A stretch of 24,335 nt of DNA from Candidatus Firestoneibacteriota bacterium (GTDB taxonomy: Bacteria > Oederibacteriota > D2-FULL-39-29 > JBDRBU01), in contig JBDRBU010000103.1 in the NCBI GenBank assembly GCA_043822305.1, positions 1 to 24,335 on the forward strand, written 5' to 3'. Made by a program: the position numbers and the translations under genes. Position 1 is the stretch's first letter; each line of letters starts with the position of its first letter. This document shows positions 18,023 through 24,335 of this stretch, in pieces. The notes under the pieces are model-generated. The model saw only the letters and a program-made list of their open reading frames with translations, made no database searches and was not told where the DNA came from.

Positions 18023-19242
18023 TTCTCACCTACAAAACAAACCTTATTCCTACCACTTGCTTTGGCCAGATATAATCCCTTATCGGCTGCTTCTACCAGA
18101 ACATCAGGTGATGTACCATCTCGACCATAACTGGCGACACCCAGACTAACAGTTACTTTTCCACTATGTTGATTTTCTCTAGACTCAAAAGGATATTTTT
18201 CTATGACCTGCCTTATTCTTTCGGCTAAGACTATGGCCCCTTCCTTTGATGTTTCAGGAAGTATCACCATAAATTCTTCTCCACCGTATCTTGCAACTAA
18301 ATCCACTTTTCTGGTCATATTTTTTAAAATTTGGCCTATTTCTATAAGAACAGAATCCCCAGCTAGATGACCATTTATATCATTATAATTCTTAAAATGA
18401 TCAACATCAAGCATAATCATTGATAGTATTCCTTGCTTCCCGTATCTTGAGATTCTATCTATTTCATCCTTAAGTTTTTCATAAAAATATCTATGATTAT
18501 AGACATTGGTTAAGCCATCAACAATAGCCAGATACTCAATTCTTTCATAAAGTTTAGCATTTTCTATGGCTATAGCCACCTGATTAGCAAAAAATGTTAA
18601 AGGGACTAAATCCGATTCTTCAATAGGTCTCTTATTAATAACATTGTCCGCCAATAAAACCCCAATAGATACATTTTTGATTACCAGCGACAAAACAACA
18701 TACTCTTTAAACCCTAATAAACTTACAAATTCCTGTGAACACCGGTGATCATTAGGAGCATCTCTTATGATGTAACTTTTTTGTTCAATAGCCACTCTGG
18801 GAATAATGTCTAACGACTTATCTAACTTGAAAATATGGTCATTTAACATATTAAAATCCACTCCAAGCGAAGCAATTGGTTTTAGTATTTCCTTTTTTCT
18901 CTTATCCCTTTCTAATGAATATATTAATACTCGATCATAATGTAACTCTTCTGTTAAATTTTTAAGAACTATCTTCAAAACATCGTCTAATTTTGTTGAA
19001 CTTCTTAAGGCATGAGTTAATTGTTCAACATAACTTAGTTGCTTATTTACAGTTGCCAGATACTTAATTTGTTTATAATTTTTAAGATCAACACAAATTA
19101 AAGAAAGAAAACCTACAATCCATAATAAAAAAACCCAAAAATTCCATTTACCACCACCTATAAGAAATAAAACAAAAAATAAAAAAAGGTAGGTGACAGA
19201 ACATCTCATTAACTTATAAAATAATGCTTTAATTATTATCAT
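18019..19242 (-). CDS. Membrane-anchored GAF-GGDEF diguanylate cyclase
   Basis: Two N-terminal TM segments; GAF domain ending QVAIAIENAKLY; DGLT, DVDHFKNYND and GGEEF, with an RxxD I-site (RKVD). Confidence 0.93.
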   Translation of the reverse strand: MIIIKALFYKLMRCSVTYLFLFFVLFLIGGGKWNFWVFLLWIVGFLSLICVDLKNYKQIKYLATVNKQLSYVEQLTHALRSSTKLDDVLKIVLKNLTEELHYDRVLIYSLERDKRKKEILKPIASLGVDFNMLNDHIFKLDKSLDIIPRVAIEQKSYIIRDAPNDHRCSQEFVSLLGFKEYVVLSLVIKNVSIGVLLADNVINKRPIEESDLVPLTFFANQVAIAIENAKLYERIEYLAIVDGLTNVYNHRYFYEKLKDEIDRISRYGKQGILSMIMLDVDHFKNYNDINGHLAGDSVLIEIGQILKNMTRKVDLVARYGGEEFMVILPETSKEGAIVLAERIRQVIEKYPFESRENQHSGKVTVSLGVASYGRDGTSPDVLVEAADKGLYLAKASGRNKVCFVGEK

Positions 19243-19254
19243 AACCTTTCAATG

Positions 19255-19315
19255 GTAGTCGCAGACTCTTTAGTCCTGTACCCGAGTATAACGAGTGGTA
19301 CAGGGTTAGCCTGCG
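19255..19315. repeat. GTAG-type REP-like hairpin with a second palindrome nested in its loop
   Basis: GTAGT, outer arms CGCAGACT/AGCCTGCG (7 of 8 pair), inner arms CCTGTACC/GGTACAGG (8 of 8). Confidence 0.65.
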
Positions 19316-20256
19316 GTATTTACTTCCTCTAACTGGGAATTAGCCTTAAAAGAACTTCTAACAAACGGACCTGATAAAACAAACTTAAATCCAATTTTTT
19401 CAGCATCACTTTTAATTTCCTCAAACTCTTCCGGTGGAACAAATCTTTGAACACTTATATTGTTCTTTGAAGGTCTTAAATATTGCCCTATGGTCAATAT
19501 ATCACACTTTACTCTTTTTAAGTCTGAAAGTATACCCCGCACCCTTTGGTGGTGCGTGGGTAAACCCGATATTTCCTCTCTTGTTTCGCCCAATCCCAGC
19601 ATAAATCCAGACTTAGTTAATATAGAATGATTTAACTCTTTCACTATTTTTAAAACTTCTAATGACCTATTATAATTTGAAGATGGTCTAACTAATTTAT
19701 AAAGTCTTGGTACTGTTTCAACATTATGAGCAAAAACATCCGGATTTTCATCAACTATCTGTTTTATAAATCTTATATTGCCTTTAAAGTCTGGTGTTAA
19801 AACTTCAATTTTTAAATTATGAATTTTCCTTAACTCCCTCATGACCTGAACAAACTGACCGGCTCCACCATCTTTTAAATCATCTCGTGTAACTGAAGTA
19901 ATAACAACATATGATAATTTTAATTTCAAAACAGCATCTAATATTTTTTTGGGCTCATCATTATCAACTTTTAAAGGGACGCCACAAATTATATTACAAA
20001 ACCTGCAATCACGAGTGCAAATATTACCCAGGATTAAAAAAGTGGCAACTTTCCTAGAAAAACACTCTATAATATTTGGACATTTAGCACTCTCACATAC
20101 TGTATTTAACTTACCCTTTTTTATTAAATTATATGTCCTGTTAAACTCAGAATTAGCTGGAAATCTTTTTTTTAACCAGTATGGTAATCTTAAATAGTCT
20201 GTTTGCCGTGGCAAACAACTATTCCTAATATTATTTGTTACATTATGGAAAGTCAT
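19306..20256 (-). CDS. lipA: Lipoyl synthase
   Basis: CX4CX5C (CESAKCPNIIEC), radical SAM CX3CX2C (CTRDCRFC), TSVTRDDL, HNVETV, TIGQYL and VRSSF. Confidence 0.96.
   Translation of the reverse strand: MTFHNVTNNIRNSCLPRQTDYLRLPYWLKKRFPANSEFNRTYNLIKKGKLNTVCESAKCPNIIECFSRKVATFLILGNICTRDCRFCNIICGVPLKVDNDEPKKILDAVLKLKLSYVVITSVTRDDLKDGGAGQFVQVMRELRKIHNLKIEVLTPDFKGNIRFIKQIVDENPDVFAHNVETVPRLYKLVRPSSNYNRSLEVLKIVKELNHSILTKSGFMLGLGETREEISGLPTHHQRVRGILSDLKRVKCDILTIGQYLRPSKNNISVQRFVPPEEFEEIKSDAEKIGFKFVLSGPFVRSSFKANSQLEEVNTAG
19534..19563. repeat. 30-bp palindromic element inserted in frame in lipA
   Basis: Arms TACCCCGCACC and GGTGCGTGGGTA (one bulge); encodes LPTHHQRVRG; ACCC direct repeat at 19534-19537 and 19564-19567. 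Confidence 0.8.
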
Positions 20257-20259
20257 CGT

Positions 20260-21441
20260 TCATTTTTCAGTTAAGGCTGCAATTCCTGGAAGTTCTTTAC
20301 CCTCGATAAATTCTAATGAAGCACCTCCACCAGTTGATATATGGGTAATTTTATCTGATACCCCTGCTTTTTTTATCGCAGATACAGAATCCCCGCCTCC
20401 AACAATTGAAACTGCTCCACTCTCCGCTATTACCCTCGCCAGAGCCGTAGTTCCTTTAGCAAAGGCATCAACTTCAAATAAGCCAAGTGGACCATTCCAG
20501 AATATGGTCTTTGCTTTCTTTATTGCTTTCCCAAATTCCTCAATTGTCTTAGGTCCTATATCAAGGGCTATATAATTGTCTGGAATATCCGAGACCACCT
20601 TCATATCTGTTGGTGAGTCTTTCTTATCTGCAACCACATGGTCTACGGGAAGTAGTAATGGAATATTTTTTTCTTTGGCATTTTTTAAAATCTCTTTTGC
20701 CATTTCAACCTTATCTTCCTCAATAAGAGATTTCCCAATCTTAATTCCCTGTGCTTTTAAGAATGTATAAGCCATTCCTCCACCAATAATTAAAGCATCT
20801 ACTTTTGTAAGTAAATTATTTAACAAATCTATCTTGGAAGAAATTTTTGCTCCTCCAATAATGGCCATTAAAGGCTTAGATGGATTACTTAAGACTAACC
20901 CCAAATATTTTATCTCTTTTTCTATTAAAAATCCTGCGGCCGACTGTTTTACATATTTTGTTATACCTTCTGTTGAAGCATGGGCCCGATGAGCTGTTCC
21001 AAAAGCATCGTTTACATAAACATCGGCTAATTCTGCTAAAGACTTTGCGAATCGAGGGTCATTTTCTTCTTCCTCTGCATGAAATCTTACATTTTCTAAG
21101 AGTAAAATATCTCCATTTTTCATTTGAGAAATTGCATAGTTAACTTTATCACCTATGCAGTCATCTACTTGTCCAATTTTTTTGCCAATCAGTTCTTCTA
21201 ATTTTTTTGCTACAGGTGCCATTCTTAGTTTATCAACCACTTTTCCGTCCGGTCTACCCAGGTGTGAAACGAGTATTACCTTTCCACCATTATTAGAAAT
21301 ATATTTTATCGTAGGTAATGCCTCTCTTATTCTCGTATCATCTGTTACCTTTAAATTACTGTCAAGTGGAACATTAAAATCAACTCTAACCAGCACTCTT
21401 TTACCCTTAAATTGTAAATCCCTTATAGATAGTTTTCCCAT
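20260..21441 (-). CDS. pgk: Phosphoglycerate kinase
   Basis: Motifs [32 protein letters not shown] and [11 protein letters not shown]. Confidence 0.99.
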   Translation of the reverse strand: MGKLSIRDLQFKGKRVLVRVDFNVPLDSNLKVTDDTRIREALPTIKYISNNGGKVILVSHLGRPDGKVVDKLRMAPVAKKLEELIGKKIGQVDDCIGDKVNYAISQMKNGDILLLENVRFHAEEEENDPRFAKSLAELADVYVNDAFGTAHRAHASTEGITKYVKQSAAGFLIEKEIKYLGLVLSNPSKPLMAIIGGAKISSKIDLLNNLLTKVDALIIGGGMAYTFLKAQGIKIGKSLIEEDKVEMAKEILKNAKEKNIPLLLPVDHVVADKKDSPTDMKVVSDIPDNYIALDIGPKTIEEFGKAIKKAKTIFWNGPLGLFEVDAFAKGTTALARVIAESGAVSIVGGGDSVSAIKKAGVSDKITHISTGGGASLEFIEGKELPGIAALTEK

Positions 21442-21457
21442 AATTCAAACTCCTTTT

Positions 21458-21485
21458 ATAGGGACAGACACCTTTTTTTGACCCC
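21458..21485. repeat. GGGACAGACACC plus TGACCCC repeat at the left flank of the R-M cassette
   Basis: ATAGGGACAGACACC is identical to 13185-13199. Confidence 0.7.
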
Positions 21486-22373
21486 TTATTTATAAAACAA
21501 ACTCATCTCTTTCTGTCCACTGATTGTAACTTTACTTTTCTTGTTTTGTGGTCCATATCTTCCTGTAAATTCACCCATTTTTTTTCTTTCTTCAAAAGTT
21601 TTTATTACAATATGTTTATTTATTTCTTCTTTGACGAATTTTAATTCGCTTTCATAATTATTCAACCTGTTTTTAGCAAATTTAACATATTCTTCGGAAA
21701 TTTCTATACCAATGTAATCCAGTCCCAATATCTTTGCGGCAACTAAAGTTGTTCCACTCCCAGCATATGGATCAATGACTACTCCCTTTTTATTATTCAT
21801 AATTGAATAAATCGCCCTGATAGGCAATACTAACGGAAAAGGTGCTGGATGTGAATTTGTTCGCTCGGGAGAAAATCGCCAAATAGAAGTTAATAAAGCA
21901 TGTTTTGACTTTAATTCTTCACCGATTAAATTTTTCTCTTTTGGTTTGTAAAGCCAATATATTCTTTCCTCTACTTGCCAGAATCTCCAGCCCCTTATAT
22001 TGGCCGCTATCATTCTATCCCAGATTATTTCTTGTCTAATTGCCCACTTTGTTTGCCTTAACCAATCCATAGGATGAAACATCTCACCTCTTTCCCATCT
22101 TATTTTGTGATTGTAAAAAAATGACCCACCGAGTTTAGTAATTCTGAAAATTTCATTTAAAACCATTATTTGATTTTTCTGATATTCATCTTCATGTATT
22201 TTGTCTACGGCACCCTCATATTTTACATTTTTTACTAACCAACCCTTTTTATTCTCACCTTTATTATAAGGTGGTGATGTTATCCCAACATCAACAATTT
22301 CATCTGATAAAGTTTTCAAAATTGTCAAGGCATCGCTTTTAATTATTTTATTCAGATATTCATCTGATTTCAT
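21486..22373 (-). CDS. Beta-class amino DNA methyltransferase (probably m4C)
   Basis: Motif IV TSPPY precedes motif I DPYAGSGTT; HPAPFP. Confidence 0.93.
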   Translation of the reverse strand: MKSDEYLNKIIKSDALTILKTLSDEIVDVGITSPPYNKGENKKGWLVKNVKYEGAVDKIHEDEYQKNQIMVLNEIFRITKLGGSFFYNHKIRWERGEMFHPMDWLRQTKWAIRQEIIWDRMIAANIRGWRFWQVEERIYWLYKPKEKNLIGEELKSKHALLTSIWRFSPERTNSHPAPFPLVLPIRAIYSIMNNKKGVVIDPYAGSGTTLVAAKILGLDYIGIEISEEYVKFAKNRLNNYESELKFVKEEINKHIVIKTFEERKKMGEFTGRYGPQNKKSKVTISGQKEMSLFYK

Positions 22374-23080
22374 TTTGCTCTTCCTTCTAAAAATTCATAA
22401 AAACCTTTGATTATATATAGTTTATATTTTGCTAATTCATCTTTATTTAAAAGATAGGCAATTTTTAAATTTGGGCTTTTAATAAAATCCTTGTAATCAA
22501 AATCTGCACTTCTTAAAAATTGCCCTTTTGTGCTTTCACTTCCCTTTAATTTTCTCTGCCATTTCTGTATTTTTATTTCCAAATTTTTCACAAAATCTGA
22601 AGAAGTAAAAGGAAACTCAATAATATAAACAAGTTTACCGTCTACAAATCCACTTACTAGCATATTTAAATCTTTTTCTTGTTTGTCTTTTTGCAATCTT
22701 GCGGGAGTATAATCAGTAAAATTTCCTCCACCATTTAATTTTGACGGTCTTGTTTTTCTTTCACCTCTTTTATGTTTTTCAAGTTCTTCAGTACCAAAAT
22801 TTTTGGGTTTCGCCTCACATTTCATAGTCCTTCCAGGAATAAAAGTGTCTTGTTTAAAACCATTATACCCTATTTTGCCTTCTTTATGTTCATATCCTGC
22901 TAATGTAATGGTTAAAAACTCTCGTATTGTTGATGAATTCTTGTCATTTATATACATCGTCAGTAAATCAACAAGCATTCCTATAATAGTATCTTTGGAT
23001 TTACCTATCAAATAACTGCTTAGCTCTCTATGGGTTCCCGTTGAATAGATTTTTACTACATTTGCCAATTCTTGATTCAT
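22370..23080 (-). CDS. Putative type II restriction endonuclease
   Basis: ATGA-coupled to the MTase; basic 236-aa protein with GYNG..CEAK resembling PD-(D/E)xK; GAGGTG RBS. Confidence 0.55.
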   Translation of the reverse strand: MNQELANVVKIYSTGTHRELSSYLIGKSKDTIIGMLVDLLTMYINDKNSSTIREFLTITLAGYEHKEGKIGYNGFKQDTFIPGRTMKCEAKPKNFGTEELEKHKRGERKTRPSKLNGGGNFTDYTPARLQKDKQEKDLNMLVSGFVDGKLVYIIEFPFTSSDFVKNLEIKIQKWQRKLKGSESTKGQFLRSADFDYKDFIKSPNLKIAYLLNKDELAKYKLYIIKGFYEFLEGRAK

Positions 23081-23096
23081 GTTTTCACCTCTTCAA

Positions 23097-23131
23097 GTTA
23101 TCTGTCTCAAAAAATAATTGACTCTGACCCC
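23097..23131. repeat. GGGGTCAGAGTC plus degenerate GAGACAGATAAC repeat at the right flank of the R-M cassette
   Basis: Minus strand GGGGTCAGAGTCAATTATTTTTTGAGACAGATAAC, starting in the gap stop codon. Confidence 0.65.
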
Positions 23132-24147
23132 TATTTTTTTGAAATGTATAAGGCTAATTCAACTACTCTATTTGAATAAGCCCATTCGTTGTCATACCAG
23201 GCTACAACTTTAACCATATCATTATCAATAACCATGGTACACATTGCATCTACTATTGCGGATTTTTCATTTCCACAAAAATCTATAGATACAAGTGGCT
23301 TATCACAATATTCAATGTATTTACTCATCTTAGAATCTTCTGATGCTTTCCTTAATGATGCATTCACTTCCTCAACAGTAGTCCTTTTTTCCAAATCAGC
23401 AACTAAATCAACGACTGAAACATTTGGAGTAGGAACTCTCATAGAAAATCCTGTAAGTTTTCCTTTTAACTCAGGAAGCACCAACCCTACTGCCTTTGCT
23501 GCACCTGTTGTTGTTGGTATCATAGAAAGCGCCGCTGCCCTTGCTCTTCTTAAATCCTTGTGCTCCAAGTCTAATATTCTCTGGTCATTTGTATATGAAT
23601 GAATTGTTGTCATCAAACCTCTTTTTATACCAAAGTTTTGCATTAAAACTTTACAAACAGGTGCCAAGCAGTTTGTAGTACAAGAAGCATTTGAAATGAT
23701 AAAATGTTTTTGTGGGTCATATTTTTCTTCATTAACTCCCATAACAATTGTAATATCTTCGTTTTTTGCTGGAGCAGAAATTATAACTCTCTTTGCTCCG
23801 GCATTTAAATGCGCAACTGCTTTTTCTTTTTCTGTAAACTTTCCGGTAGATTCAATAACTATATCAACTCCCATTGATTTCCAGGGTAAATTAGCCGGCT
23901 CTTTCTCTGATAAAACTTTAATTTCTTTTCCATTAATCACTAAACTATTTTCTTTTGAACTCACATCCCCTGGAAAAATTTTATGAATCGAATCATGTTT
24001 AAACAAATGTGCTAAAACTTCTGCTTTTGTTATATCATTCACCGCTACAAAATCCAATTCCTTCCATGCTTCTTTATTCAAAGCTGCTGCTCGTAGTACA
24101 AGCCTTCCTATCCTACCAAATCCATTTATTCCAACTTTTACTGCCAT
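23131..24147 (-). CDS. gap: Type I glyceraldehyde-3-phosphate dehydrogenase
   Basis: Motifs [30 protein letters not shown] and WYDNE; AAGGAGGT RBS. Confidence 0.99.
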   Translation of the reverse strand: MAVKVGINGFGRIGRLVLRAAALNKEAWKELDFVAVNDITKAEVLAHLFKHDSIHKIFPGDVSSKENSLVINGKEIKVLSEKEPANLPWKSMGVDIVIESTGKFTEKEKAVAHLNAGAKRVIISAPAKNEDITIVMGVNEEKYDPQKHFIISNASCTTNCLAPVCKVLMQNFGIKRGLMTTIHSYTNDQRILDLEHKDLRRARAAALSMIPTTTGAAKAVGLVLPELKGKLTGFSMRVPTPNVSVVDLVADLEKRTTVEEVNASLRKASEDSKMSKYIEYCDKPLVSIDFCGNEKSAIVDAMCTMVIDNDMVKVVAWYDNEWAYSNRVVELALYISKK

Positions 24148-24170
24148 AATTTTACCTCCTTGTTAATATG

Positions 24171-24192
24171 TAGTACATATTACTATGTACTA
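24171..24192. promoter_or_regulatory. Perfect 9-bp inverted repeat upstream of the gap RBS (operator or hairpin)
   Basis: TAGTACATA-TTAC-TATGTACTA. Confidence 0.5.
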
Positions 24193-24335
24193 ATTACGGT
24201 TCTTCAGGTTTGATTGTAGAAAATTTATTTAATATTTCTACCTTTGCCTGAAGCCTCCTTTAATTTGAATTTATCCTAATTTAAGGTTAGGATATTGACC
24301 TTTTTACAGTTCAATTCTTCACTGTGTATTTTATC

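Noticed and set aside
682..23986. All plus-strand ORFs in the track
   Set aside because: They lie antisense to well-supported genes, are short and show no recognisable motifs.
24190..24335. FMN or c-di-GMP riboswitch upstream of gap
   Set aside because: Only short superficial matches (CTTCAGG, GGCAAA) are present; the conserved cores are absent.

Overview
AT-rich window from an anaerobic bacterium, with every credible gene on the minus strand. Read right to left: gap, an inserted putative type II R-M pair, pgk, lipA, a GAF-GGDEF cyclase, a PfkB kinase, an AlaC-like aminotransferase, a four-subunit Vor-type 2-oxoacid:ferredoxin oxidoreductase, yjbQ, an HPS-RraA fusion, a decayed addiction module, hdrCBA-flxDCBA (interrupted by a decayed HEPN-MNT pair), fhs, a CapA-family gene, an ORF6N gene and a secreted-protein gene. 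Several signals are not in the ORF track. (1) A TGT-terminated transposon end with four repeated 15-bp sites (1-141) truncates the leftmost gene. (2) A stand-alone 23-codon copy of the GlmS C-terminal tail, the attTn7 recognition region, lies at 13240-13311. (3) Two toxin genes appear internally deleted. (4) Several families of short palindromic or tandem repeats sit at gene junctions, bracket the R-M cassette, supply a -35 element and have entered coding sequence in frame (lipA, vorB). Family assignments rest on motif recognition only; no searches were run.
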